This document shows positions 11,410-23,536 of a stretch of DNA of 64,000 nt, piece by piece (within the stretch, counting starts at the first letter, position 1; each line of letters opens with the position of its first letter). The position numbers and the translations under genes are program-made. The notes beneath the pieces were generated by a model. The model did not search any database. It was given only the letters and a program-made list of their open reading frames with translations, and was not told the DNA's origin. Source of the stretch: Paraspadella gotoi (Eukaryota > Animalia > Chaetognatha); the NCBI GenBank assembly GCA_051294375.1, contig CM119271.1, positions 180,721 to 244,720 on the forward strand. The letters run 5' to 3'.

Positions 11410-14400
11410 CTTCTCGTCTTTTTTCCTCTTCTAACAAACTGTTCAGAGCGGCCCCTTGCTCTTGAATCTTATTCTCGTCCCGCGCCTGCTCCAGCAGCGA
11501 TTCCAATTGGAGCTTTTCCTTTTTCAACCTGGCAATCTTTCCCTGCATCACACCCTTCTGCTCCTCCAGTTTCAACAGATTCTTACGTTCCACCTCTTGA
11601 ATGGCAACCTCGGTTCTCATCTTTATCCTAGACGTTTCCTCCAAAACCTCCAGCAGCCTGTTCTCAGCTTCAGTTTTTTCGTTCTCAAATTCTGACAACT
11701 TTTCCTCCAACTGACGGACTTTTTCCGCGTCGACCTTTCTCTTTTCAAATTCCTTCTGCCTCAAGACCTTTTCCAAATCCGACCTCTTTTTCTCCTCGGC
11801 CACAATCTCCTTTTGTCTCTCCAGTTCCTGCTCCTCTTCCTCCTTCATCCTAAGCTTAAAAAGATTCTCCCTTTCCCTCATCTCGTCTTGCAGTTTCCTT
11901 CTCTCGCTCTCCAACGTCTGTTTGATCTCTTCCTCTTCCTTCAAAAACAGCGCCTCCAACTTTTTTCTATCGAGCAGGAGTCGGGTCTTCTCAGCCTGAA
12001 ACCTTTGCGTCTCGCGAGCCATTTTCGAGTTGAACTCTTCCTCGGCATCGGTCAGAGATTTCTCCAACGTTTTTACCCTCTCCATTTCTAAATGTAATTT
12101 CTGCTTTTCTATCTCTTGTCTTTGCATCTCGAGCGCCTTTTCTCTTTGAAACTCTGTTCTCATCCGGGCTTCTTCATCGACCAGATATCGTTTTTTTTCT
12201 TCGAGTTTGACGATGCCGAATTCGATTTGTTTGCGTTCGACCTCTAATCTGTTCTCGTCCTCTTGAATCTTCACGAGTTTGTCCAAGTGCTCATCGTTTT
12301 TTTCTATAATTGGTACATTTCTTTGGCTTAGAAAATAATCAGGTGATAATGTGACGTCCATTTTTTCCTTGACTTTGGCAGGTTCATCTTTGGTCTTCTC
12401 TATTTCTCGAATCTTGTAATCAATCCTTTCAGCATTATTGATATTAACTTTTTTCTTTTGATACCTTATGGCTTCCTCATTTCTACCTTTTACTGTATCA
12501 ACATTTGGCTTCTTTTTTTCAGTTTTCAGATTACCTTCCAAACTGACATTATTATCCATGAAACATGGTTCTGATTGGCAGACTGCTTTCTGATAAGAAC
12601 TCTCTGACTTGGGCATTTCTTTACCGCTTTCTTCCTCAAAAATGTCTTCCGTGCCTTTCTTTTTAATATCCTGGTATATTTGTTCTTTCAAAATATTATG
12701 GCTAACATTCATTTTAGAAGATTCAATTTCTCCTCTCTTTAGATTTCTTTGATCTAAGGGAGAACCATCTTTTTTAACTTGCCAATTTTGAGCAAAGTCT
12801 TTTTCTTTCAAGGGATAAAAAATATCACCATGCTCTTCTAACTTGTTCTTTTCCTCTATACTTTTGTTATCAATCATTTTAACATCTTTAAAAGTTAAAT
12901 CTTCAAGCCTGTTCAGAAATAAACGATTTTCATCTGAATCATCCTTTTTATCTTTATTTTCATCGTTTATCTCACTTTTATTATTGTACATTATATCTTT
13001 ATTCAATTTCTCATCAGCAATAAGAACATTTTTTGAAAATTTCCCAACTTTAAATTTCGTCGTTGTGCTAAAATATTCAGTTTCCTTCTGAGATAAATTA
13101 TCCTCAATAAGAATCTTCCTTTCTGCTCTATTCCTTATCATAATATCATCCTTAACTTTATTATTATCGCCGATAGAACCAAGAACATAATCCTTATCAA
13201 TTGCGTTGCTTTGTCTATTACTATTTTCATCATTCAATCCAGATGAAAAACTAAAAGAAAGCTCATCACCAGTCACGTTTTTGTCAACTTCGTTATAGTG
13301 GCTTTTGTGACTTGGGCGTTGTCGCTCTTTACTGTTGAATCTTTCTTTAAATGTCTGCTGATACTGATCTTCACTATTTTTGCCCACATCAGAAAGTTCC
13401 TGAATTACGTCCATGTGTTCATTTTTTTCTTTAATAAGATTATTTTGCTGAATCAAGTGGTATCCTTCTATTATTTTCGAAGGATGGTCTTCTTGCCTCA
13501 TCCAGTAAAAGTCAGAATCTCTCAAAACTTTATGGCCCGGATAATCGGCAGACCTTTTTTGGACATCATCCTGAAACCTAGGTTTATTATACGTCTCTAT
13601 GTGCTGTTCTTTTCCATGATAATTCAAATCAGGATCGAGCCTCTGTCCTTCACTTTCCCTAAAACCACTTGTTTGGTTAAGCCCGGTCGTAATCGAAGAT
13701 GAAACCTGTGATGACTTGAATAATTCGCTGATTGAAAATTTCTTTGATCCGGTCTTTGTCTCTTCAAGCTTGTTCGTTTTTGTTTGGCTCGGAATCTTAT
13801 CAATTTTGTCTGCATCTCGATCTTTAATGCGCGAACTCTCGACTTGGATTCCAAGCTGAGACATCTCGGTCTGAGATGGCGAGAGTCCAGATGACGATTT
13901 GTTCATGTTCTTCTCCACCTCCATAGTTATTGTTTGAAAATTGTTTAACTCATAACTGAATTTTTCATTTTCTTTATTTAGCTCGTAATTTTGAAAGTCA
14001 TCAGATTTTTTAAACTCGTAAACTTTCCTTCCTGCTTTTTCGTTAATCTGGACAGGATCGTTTTGATTTAAAGTTTTTTCAAATATTGATTCCTCACTCT
14101 CCATTTTAGAAGAATATTCCCCAATCTCCTCATTTATTGTATACTTCCTCCGGTCATTGTCCCTTGCATTATCAGACTTACTTTCTTGTTTATTGTTGTT
14201 TATTATGATCTGATTGCTGATGTAGGGAACTTTTTCTAGCTCACGAGAAGTCTCTCTCTCGCTCTTACATATCCCAACTTGGTAGATGCTGCTAGTTTCA
14301 GAGGCGCTTGGAGATATTACCTCATTCTTATAAGGAATAAACGAACTACTTTTGTGCTCCCACTCATCACCTTTTTCCGTCATTTCATTCACACCAAGAC

Positions 14401-15192
14401 CGGTTCTGCCTCTTTCCATGTATGGATCGGTTCTGAATTCTTGAAAGTTCACATTTTTATCTTCTTCTCTGACCTCGAATGTGAAAGAACCGCTTTTTAT
14501 ATTCTGCTCATCTGTGACACTCCCATCATTCGGATCCAAGGCTTTTTCCCTTTCTCTCCCTTTTCCTATATCAAAAATGTCATTGAAAAGATTTCTGCCT
14601 CTCCCCATTTCCTCTAATGCTATGCCCAGCCCTTCTTGCCCATGCTTCAAGCTGCCAAACCTTCTCTGGTCCTCTCCAACCCCTTCAGTCCTCTGCTCTC
14701 CTTTACTCATCTTTTTGTCATCCTCTCTCTCGCTCTCATTCTTCAGGCCCCCACTTCTCAACTTTTCCTCGTCCTCTTTGGCTCCCTCAATCTTCTGACC
14801 CCCTCTGCCCATATTTTTGTCTTCCTCTCTCTCGCTCTCATTTTTCAGCCCCCCACTGCGCAATTTTTCCTTCTCCTCTTTGGCTCCCTCAATCTTCTGA
14901 CCCCTTCTGCCCATATTATTGTCACCCTCTCTCTCGTTATTATTTTTTGGCCCCCCGATACCAAACCTACCATCCTCTCTGACCCCTTCAATCCTCAGCC
15001 ACCCTCTGCCAATCTTCTTATCATCCAGCTCGCTATCATTCTTCAGCACCCCGCTGCTCAACTTTCTCCCGACCTCTCTGGCCCCCTCGATCCTTGGATC
15101 GCTTCCCTTCTCCCATTGACGTTCGATGGTGGAATCTCGCGATGAAGATCTAAAGCGACTTGGATCGCCAGCCAAAGAGACGACACTCGAAA
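11410..15192 (-). CDS. Gene X giant exon 1: 1261 codons, disordered N/K/E/S-rich region followed by ~300 aa charged helical or coiled-coil region
   Basis: 1288-aa ORF; acceptor ttttcactcAAG at 15193, donor AAG|GTATTG at 11409; 3783 nt, phase 1-1. Confidence 0.85.
14650..15094 (-). repeat. Coding tandem repeat, ~4.5 units of 33-34 aa (KIEGAKEE.EKLRSGGLKNESERE.DK.MGRGGQ)
   Basis: Visible in the translation of ORF 11309..15175; 99-102 bp units. Confidence 0.85.
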
Positions 15193-16667
15193 CTTGAGTG
15201 AAAAACGGAAATGAACGAAAAGAGGGAAAGAGAGAAAGGAGAATAATGAAAGAAAAAAAAAACTTTGATTAGGGATCGAGGGATCGATCGATTTTAGTAG
15301 TCACACACAAAATTGGTCGGGTGGTCGCGCGCACAGTGCGAGAGATAGAAAATCTCGGGTAGGTCAAGTGCGTTTCGCGCCTTGGAAGATTTTTAAGTCT
15401 AATCTAAAGATAGATGCAGTAATGTCGTTAGGGGGATTTCTAATAACAATTTTAAAATTAGGGGATTTGTAAGAAACTTTCTTATTTCGTCAAAGCGATG
15501 CTTTTTGGATTTTTGTCCAAAATTCGACGGTGGAAAACAGATGGCAAAGGAGCAAACTGAAGTGCGTCCCGCTACCGTTTCCCACAAGCGAATTTTGGTT
15601 GGAAAATCTAAAAAAGTCAGTTTTGTGATAAAACAAAGGTCATCCTTATAACTGCAAGAAAGTTAAAGATTGACCTTTTCTGCCTTGGGACAATTATTTT
15701 ATCGCTTAGCACTGATTATCTAAGACGCAGTCAAATTTCCGATAGAATTTGCGTTTTTGAAGGATCTGATTCATTAGTCTTCGTTTGACAAGCGGTCAAA
15801 GACATTTGACATTCGCAAACAACAACAAAAATTACGCAACACGAAAAACAATTGGAAGAAAACACAAAGCCGTGAGCATACCAAAAAAAAACAAACAAAA
15901 AGCTCCAAGACCAAAATTCAAGGAAAAGAAGCTTTGATTTTTAGTCATGCAAAGTGCGTCGCGTCTCTTAGACGACAAATAAAGCCATTTCTTTTGCACA
16001 AGTCAGTATTGCTTCTTGCCGTCGGACCCAAAAGCCAAAAGTGAGTCAAACACGAGAGTACCATCTGGATTTTATGTTCCCGAAGGGAGGTTTTTATGGC
16101 GTAAAAACCAAGCTACTATTTTCGATTAGTAAGTGGAAAAACCCGGTAAACTTTTGAAATTTTAATCGGATAAGATTAATAATGTTGAGGCTTGAGCGGA
16201 AATTCAAATTGAAGAGTCGTCAATTTGATTTCATTTCGATTTGATCCCCATCAAATAAATAATTATTGGGCCTGAGGATGTATTAAATTAGGGGGTTGGG
16301 CTTATGGTTAAAAAACGCGCCAAAAGGGTTTTAATATAATTTTAATTCAAAGTTCACGAAAAAATAACTTAAAAATATTTTTTTCTATTGTATCCAGTTG
16401 ACACTCTTACACCAAGATTATTAAACAACATAAGTGCACGCGAGAGACTGTTAAAAATCCTCGGTCGGTGTAGTACGTGTAAGTTTTTAAAAAAAAGCTG
16501 CGTACCACCACCGGAAGCAGAGAGGTAGAGAGAGAGAAAGAGAGAGAGAGAAAGAGAGAGAGACAAAGAGAGATGGCCCGTGCCCTTTTTTCTTCTATAA
16601 ACGCGTGCAACACACAAAAATGTTCACACACGATGAAGTGCGCGTGAATCGTAGAGCAGAGACTCAC

Positions 16668-16789
16668 CCTCCTCCGTCTGGACCGACATGTCGGCTACTG
16701 GTGGGGGCGCCGGAACCGACACGGCAGGAAGGGACGCCGAAACTTCGACGGTGGCGCCCTTTTTAATGGGAACTTCCAGAGGTTCAGTC
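16668..16789 (-). CDS. Gene X exon (TEPLEVPIKKGATVEV...MSVQTEE)
   Basis: ttccccAG acceptor, GTGAGT donor, phase 2-1. Confidence 0.8.
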
Positions 16790-17073
16790 CTGGGGAAAGA
16801 AGGGGGGCAGGACGAAGTGAGTAGATGAGAGAGAAGTGGACAGAAAAAATGTGGGACAGACAGACAAAAGAGAAAAAAGAAAATGAAAGAGATGGACAGA
16901 CCGTTCGGAAAATTAAAACAAAATGAATAAATAAATAAAAAGAGACAAAACATTCAGCACCAAAAAAAATATAAAGGTTAAAAAAATGAAAACTACGACT
17001 CTTAACTAATGCTGCACCTTCAACCCCCCTTCCATCACACTAACCCCCCCTCCTTTGTGTCTCCAAAACTCAC

Positions 17074-17217
17074 GTCTCGAACTGCTCCATCTGTCCGTTC
17101 TTTCCACGGCGAACGAAGACCCTCTTGATTCGTGGGTCGTTCTCTTTGTTCCCCTCGATGATGGTCTCGTTGACGACCGTCTTCGTCAACTTGGACACGT
17201 CGCTCAATTCCGTTTTG
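17074..17217 (-). CDS. Gene X exon (KTELSDVSKLTKTVVNETIIEGNKENDPRIKRVFVRRGKNGQMEQFET)
   Basis: TAG acceptor with A-rich tract, GTGAGT donor, phase 2-2 matching the next exon. Confidence 0.75.
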
Positions 17218-19620
17218 CTATTTGTTTTTTTTTTTTGGGGGGGGAAGTAGGGTTAAGGGGGGTATTGATGAAAATGGGGAGTGGGGGAGGGAGAAAGTTG
17301 AGTTAATGATTGATGACGAAGATGATGACGAAGATAATGTCGAAGATGATGTGGATTCAACGATGAAAACGAAAAAAAAACAATAAAACTTTTGAAGATA
17401 TTCTTTTTAGTTTCTGATTATGACGGATGGTTTGGAAAAGGTAGAAAAGTTAAAGAAGTAAGAATTATTTAAAGAGCATAATGATCAAACTTTTGTTTGG
17501 GAGGGAAAAAAATGATTAGAAAGGAAAGGTTAAAAGGTCGACGCAAGACTTGGATCAACAGACGACGATTTTTTCAGTCGTTGATGAAGACAAGATCAAA
17601 TATTTGTTGTTTTAATCTTCACGGCTTTGATTCATTGTTTCGAACCTCCGATCATCGGTGAGCGTTTTTCTGAGCCTCAAATTTACATTTTCAAGTCCAA
17701 GAAATGAATTTATAAATTCCCGTTCGCTTCTCGCCCCCTTCCGTCAAAAACTTCGAGCTTATCTCGCCAATAATGTCAACGACGCATAACGTTCGACGTC
17801 AAAAATTTGAGATCACAAAGTAAAAAAAAAATTTAAATATTCATCCTCAAGTCAACACACAAAGATAACAATTGGACCACTAACTCGCTAAATAACTCCA
17901 GGATAAATTGGTCCGTTTTTACTTCGGTTTTATGATTTTTTTTTTTTTAGTCGGATTTGCTTATCAGCAGATTCAGACTCTATAATCCACTTTGTCGGTC
18001 AGTCGATCCTACCGCAAAAGTCATATTTTCCTGTATTTTTATTTTTATTGTATTTTTACTTCTGTTTACACATCATTATTATATTTATTAAAATTGGATA
18101 TATAAATTGAGTTGAAATTTTGTGTGGGTAGTAAAGTCGGAAAGCTGAATATAAATTTTTGATGGATTCGTAAGTGTGGAAAAGAGTTCAAATTAGAAAA
18201 GCAAAAGACACATTTAGTTGAATTTTTAAAAGTTTCTTTATCTCTCTCTCTCTCTCTATTGATTAATTGATTAGTTGATTGACCAAATTATGCCAGTTGA
18301 CCAAATTATGCAAGTTGGTATTGGCGCAGCAACTGGTAATGATTGAAAGATCAATTGATTTATAAATTTTTTCAGAGATTCATGAAGATGTCTGTTATGA
18401 TTTGTTATTGTAAATCACTTTATTATTTTTATTTATAAAATATTTTTGCATAGTTTAAGCCCTTAAAAGTGATTTACATGTATTGGCCAGCCACTGGTGT
18501 TACGATTTGTGATGATCTGTTAATATTACAAATTGAAAGACAGAAAAAATTACGGTGATTTATCATCGGATTAGCTCATTACCGCTTAATCATCGTAGGC
18601 AGATCCGACGTTGTTTGTTGAAACTTGTTTTTTTATTAAAACATGAATATTTTCCTTTTTGAAAAAGAAAATTAAGAAAAGCCCAAATTAAACCCAAAAC
18701 ATTAAACTATGTTTTCATCTTTGTTTAAAAGCATTTTAGCTATACCGTCTATTTCTTATAAAAAAAGGCTTACAAAAATATTGAAAAAATAATTAAATCT
18801 AGGAAAATATACACCCCCTTTGCTTCCGACCGAAGCGTCTCAAGTTTCTCTCCTTAAAACAATTTCTTCCGACTCCTGAACTGACTTTTACTTCCCCTGA
18901 CAAAAATATGAGTTCTAAACAGTAAAAGGAACAAAAACTATCAGGTTTGGCTTTCAACTTCATGTTTGTTTTTTTAATCTGACAAATGAAGAAAAAAAGA
19001 CTTTTTGCCCAAGTGTTTTTAAAAGTAAAAACCGTTTGATAGTGTTTTGTTTTTTACCGTTTTTTCCTTGGCCGATGGTAAAGAGGGGAAGGTCAGTTCC
19101 AGCCATTAAAATAAAGATGGAAAAAATTGGAAGATGTAATAGTTAAGAAATATAAAAAGGAAAAAACTTTCATTTTAGCCTAATTCGATAATAAGGGTAA
19201 AATTTATTATTAAGAGTATGTAATCCTCACCACTAATCTTCCAATAGCAGCCAATCCGTATTTACAGGCGAATAAAAACGCAATATAATTTACCTAATTT
19301 TATCTTAACTAAGCTATTTCTAACTTATAAAACTGGAAGCCGCCTTCGACCAGCTCCATCTCTCGGCCCGGCCGAGAAAATAACGGTAACGCATCATGCG
19401 CGTTTGCGTGAAAAAAGACGTTTCATCCCCGAAAAAGCGCCCTGGCGTCGGCCGGAAGCAATTATTATTCTAAAATTACGCTAATGTGAATAATGTATAT
19501 ACGTATTAATAAAAATATAATAAGGACCAAAATCCCGTTTTTCTGATCTAAACTAAAAAAAGGAACCCAGACTTTTGACTAAGGATTTTCCAGCATCCAT
19601 TTTCCCCCTTTTTTTTCTTC

Positions 19621-20019
19621 TCAATAATCTCTGCCGAAAACGACCCAGGATCCGCCGCCCATCATCAGGCGTCGAACGTCCGGCACCCAGAAGGCCGCGC
19701 CGGAACCGCGAAAGCCGGAGGCGCCGGGCCGAAATTGGGCGGCTCCTGGCGCGCCGTAATCGGCGTGGGCGCCGGGCGCTGGACCCGAATCCTGAGCGCG
19801 GCGCTGGTATCTGGCAACTGTCATCGGGCACCTGGCAGCCCCGTGGGAGGCGGCGGAAGTGGTGGCCTTGGCGGCGGGGCTCCTCCGCTGTTGCGCGGGC
19901 GGAGGAGGCGCCTGATTGGCCCGCTGAAGATTCATCAGCATCTGTTGTTGTTGTTGAAGAAATTGCTGCTGCTGGTTTATCTGTTGCTGTTGAAACATGA
20001 TCTGCGTTTGTTGAACGCG
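19621..20019 (-). CDS. Gene X Gln-rich exon: either terminal (to ...VVFGRDY*) or spliced at an internal donor after 19832
   Basis: ttttccccAG acceptor, phase 0; ORF runs to TGA at 19621; the only phase-2 GT in the exon (CAG|GTGCCC) fits exon 17217. Confidence 0.75.
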   Translation of the reverse strand, partial: RVQQTQIMFQQQQINQQQQFLQQQQQMLMNLQRANQAPPPPAQQRRSPAAKATTSAASHGAARCPMTVARYQRRAQDSGPAPGAHADYGAPGAAQFRPGASGFRGSGAAFWVPDVRRLMMGGGSWVVFGRDY

Positions 20020-20441
20020 CTGGGGAAAAGAAAAGGATGGGTGGCTAAGGTATCAATCATACCCATAAAATATTATTGTATTTTAAATTGTATTTTCAAA
20101 AGCAGAATTTCGGTAGAAGTCATAAAAATCTAATGCAAATAATAATCACCAAAATTTCTTAACACAGAACCATGAATGCTGCTGTCGAAGGCCAAACTAA
20201 AGCCAAACACCCTAGAAAGTCGGCAAGCCCTATGTTGGAGCGGAATTGTAGAATTTTCATAAGATCACCCTATACCTTTCATCACATCTCTCTTTTCTCC
20301 TCCAAGTATCCCATTCCCCAAGGTCCTGTCAGCCCACACCATTTTCCCAAAAATCCTAATTTCGATCCCCACCCTCCTGAATTCCCCATCCCAATGATAC
20401 CCGACCCCTCAATCCCCTTCCCGGACCAAACTTCAACTCAC

Positions 20442-20635
20442 TTGTTGTTGGAAAAAGAAATTAGCGACGTCGTTGATTCCTCTCGGGGCGGAAACGTCGA
20501 AGGGCATCATGGTGCCCATTCCTCCAACGCCCATGCCGCCCATTCCTCCCATGCCCATGTCGCCCATGCCGCCCATGGCTCCCATGCCGGTGTGGCGGAC
20601 TATTTGAGAGCTCAAGTTGGTCGTGTGGGCCGTGG
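20442..20635 (-). CDS. Gene X exon with GMGG repeats (TAHTTNLSSQIVRHTGMGAMGGMG...FFFQQQ)
   Basis: ctctTAG acceptor, GTGAGT donor, phase 1-0. Confidence 0.8.
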
Positions 20636-20743
20636 CTAAGAGATGGGAAATGGGGAAAACAATAAGAAAAAGATTAGGAAAAAATATATATATAAATAAA
20701 CAAAAAACGACAATAAATATAATACCAAAGCTATAGCTTATAC

Positions 20744-20785
20744 CTGAAGATCTGGTTGACTTTTGCTGTGGCGGACCGTGACCGA
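20744..20785 (-). CDS. Gene X small exon (GHGPPQQKSTRSS)
   Basis: ttttCAG acceptor, CAG|GTATAA donor, 42 nt, phase 1-1. Confidence 0.65.
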
Positions 20786-20896
20786 CTGAAAATATAGAAG
20801 GGAAAGAAAAAAATAAATAGTTAAATAATAAATTTAATAAGCTAATTTCTGACGATGAGTCTTCGGCCTTACCTTTATTGGTGTGTCTCGACTTAC

Positions 20897-20951
20897 TCCG
20901 CACCAAAGTGGAGGTTTTGGGATAAGTAACCAAGGGTTCCAAGGGAACGAT
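20897..20951 (-). CDS. Gene X small exon (IVPLEPLVTYPKTSTLVR)
   Basis: ttcCAG acceptor, GTAAGT donor, phase 0-1 bridging the neighbouring exons. Confidence 0.65.
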
Positions 20952-21044
20952 CTGGAACGAGGAACGTAAGAGTTGTTGTTACAAGATTCGGTTCAGTAAA
21001 AAAAAATTATGAAACGAAGAAGCCGGACAAAAAAAGAAAATGAC

Positions 21045-21112
21045 CTTTTTGGTGTCGGTTATGTCGATGATCTTAGCATGTCCGTACATGTCCGTCGATG
21101 TCAGGTATTGAT
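21045..21112 (-). CDS. Gene X small exon (QYLTSTDMYGHAKIIDITDTKK)
   Basis: tttttCAG acceptor, AAG|GTCATT donor, phase 1-0. Confidence 0.65.
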
Positions 21113-21253
21113 CTGAAAAAAGGAATCAGAGGAATAACAAATTTAAAATGAAATTAGCCAAGGAGAGAGAATAATTACATAAAGAAGCTAAAATTTCCGG
21201 GAGTTAATAAACTAGACTGTGATAGTCTTGATTGAAAGCTCGCGGGGTTCCGT

Positions 21254-21444
21254 TATGAAATTGGTCAACCAATATAGGAGCTATCCATTTATTTAATAAA
21301 TAAGCTATCTAGCCCCTGACCTTTGACAGGCTATGGTGCCTCACCATCACTCTTACAAGATAATAAGAGACCAGGACTTAGCAAGCTTTCAATCAAGACT
21401 CTCTGAGTCTCATTTCCACAATCCAAGAGTAACTGGCTTCCCTA
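21254..21444 (+). mobile_element. Dispersed ~200-250 bp SINE-like repeat. Other copies: 32188-32438 (+), 38080-38267 (+), 27690-27813 (-), 46891-47023 (-), 53406-53533 (-), 55536-55660 (-), 55960-56015 (-).
   Basis: Shared motifs atgaaattggtacaaccaatata, taagctatcttgcccctga, catcactcttacaag, gcaagctttcaatcaagactctc and ctggcttcccta. Confidence 0.7.
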
Positions 21445-21486
21445 TGTTATTACATCATAGCCATTTCGATCCCTTCATCTTCTCAC

Positions 21487-21588
21487 CGGAAGCGGGCGAA
21501 CCGTGGCGGCTCCGTTTCTGCGACGAGTACCAATCCTCTGGACGATCGTAGCTGCCGTTGGGGGAAGCAAGGCTGTTGCCGTCCCAGC
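21487..21588 (-). CDS. Gene X exon (WDGNSLASPNGSYDRPEDWYSSQKRSRHGSPAS)
   Basis: CAG acceptor, GTGAGA donor, 102 nt; the phase 1-1 reading fits both flanks. Confidence 0.7.
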
Positions 21589-21677
21589 CTGATGGAGGTT
21601 AAAAGGGGTTGGGGGGAGACAAATGATTGGAGAAACGGAGGTGAAGTAACGTGACGAATCGATGATGTAACATAGAT

Positions 21678-21960
21678 ATTGTCTTATGTCTACAGAAGAC
21701 TTCATATTATAAAATGAGGTCTCCCTTTTTTGTGACCAGATTCTGTTCCTACCAAACTACCTGATAGAATTTTATGAAAATTTACATATGTATATACATA
21801 TACATTTATATTGTCATTAGGACTCTAAATTTAGAGTCCTAATGACAATATAAATGGAACTATCGAGGCAAATTTTGATATTCAACCCCTGACAAGAGAT
21901 ACAGGGCCCTGGGGGTGAACCCTTGGGGGGCCGAAAAAAGCTACAATTTTTTTTATTTTT
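21678..21960 (+). mobile_element. Non-autonomous DNA-element fragment; diverged inverted copy at ~23800-24065
   Basis: ttgtcttat..acagaagacttcat..ataaaatgaggt..gaactatcgaggc..aacccctga matches the reverse complement of 23870-24060. Confidence 0.6.
21803..21856. repeat. Perfect 54-bp palindrome with no spacer
   Basis: catttatattgtcattaggactctaaa|tttagagtcctaatgacaatataaatg. Confidence 0.95.
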
Positions 21961-22000
21961 TAAATTTTTTTAGTAGCATCAGACGTTTTAAACATATAAA

Positions 22001-22124
22001 AAAATCTTAAAAGCATAAGGATCGTCGCAATTGTATAAAAAAAATATGGACCCATGACAAACTTTGACACTCAAAAAATCAAATTTGATAAATGAAAACT
22101 AGAGAAAGAGAGAGAGAGAGAGAA

Positions 22125-22217
<93 letters not shown>

Positions 22218-22347
22218 AGCCAAATCGTTTTCGGATGAATCAGCAGCGGAAGCAGCAGAGGCAGCCAGAAATATAAAAAAATCAAATTTGAGAAAAGAAA
22301 ATTAATTTATAAACAGAAAAATTCTATTTTGCGATTGTCAATTAAAA

Positions 22348-22386
<39 letters not shown>

Positions 22387-22972
22387 AGTACCGAGGAAAA
22401 TTAAAGTTACAGTTTTTGAAAAAAAAACTTTTTCATTGACAAATAAACTGATCAGCAGACGCAGCCCCTAAGAAAAAAAAAGAGAGAAAGAAAGACAAGG
22501 AGAAAGAAGGAGAGAGAAAAAGAGAGAGAGAGAAGCCAAATCGTTTTCGGACGAATCTGCAGCGGTAGCAGCAGAGGCAGCAAGAAAAAAAAATCAAAAG
22601 GCAACAGCAGAAGCAGCAGGAGAAAAGAGAGAAAAAGAAAAAGCCCCTGCAGAGCCAGCTGCAGACTCGTTTTTTTTCCCGATGAATCAGCCTAGGGAAA
22701 AGAGAGGGAGAGAGCTACATATAATTAAAAGAGAAAAGAGAGAGAAAAGGAGACAAAAATAATAGAGGAAACTTGTTTGTTTTGATAAAATGTAAACAAA
22801 ACATATTTAATAACTGTCCTCCCCACAATTTCAAGGACCTCGATGATGAGAAGCTGTATATAAATTTTCATACATCAATCTTCATACACCTAAATTTAAT
22901 CATCAAAAAAGCGATCTATAAATTGGAACGAGACGACGACGACGATTGTGATTGCGATTGCGATGATAAAAA
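22001..22972 (+). mobile_element. Helentron/DINE-1-like (HINE) element, family A; copies at 30531-31598 and 36245-37317
   Basis: Starts aaaatcttaaaagcataaggatcgtcgcaat; subterminal inverted repeat atcgtcgcaat/attgcga(c/t)gat; 3' hairpin in the 31561-31593 copy; internal (GA)n and cagcagaagcagcaggag repeats. Confidence 0.6.
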
Positions 22973-23129
22973 CATTTTTGAACTAAAATTAATAAGTTTT
23001 CAATAATTAATCATGGTTTGAAGATTAGGGTGGAGTGATGAAAAGATTGAGCGATGGAACAATGTTTTTTTGCTGCCTTTGTATATGTAATAAAAAATAA
23101 TTGAGCCCCTTTTCCAATAAATTTTGCAT

Positions 23130-23536
23130 AACAGTATCATTTATTGAACTTTCTTTATAGTAATATCTTTATAAAATCATAAAATTTCAAAATCATATTT
23201 TTTTAATTTTAAGAACTGTTTTAGATTCGCCAGAAAAAACTGAAAAACTTTTGTAAAATATGTTACATAATATTTTTAGGTTAAAGCTGCGAAAAAAGAA
23301 AGGTTTCATCATATAATAGTTTCTACTACAGAGCGTAAAAACGTGGGATATTTTAACCTTTTTTTCTATTTTTGATACTTAAGGCATTAAAATTTTTAAT
23401 AACATATTTTATATTTTAGATCTAACTTATTATAAAGAATCAGAATCTTTAATAAAAATTGTAAAAAAAATTATTTTGAAAATTTATTATTTTCTAAGGA
23501 TATTACTATAAATATAATGTAATTAATGATACTGTT
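23130..23536. mobile_element. AT-rich foldback MITE with long imperfect terminal inverted repeats
   Basis: aacagtatcatt...tttatagtaatatc at the left end versus gatattactataaa...aatgatactgtt at the right end. Confidence 0.55.
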
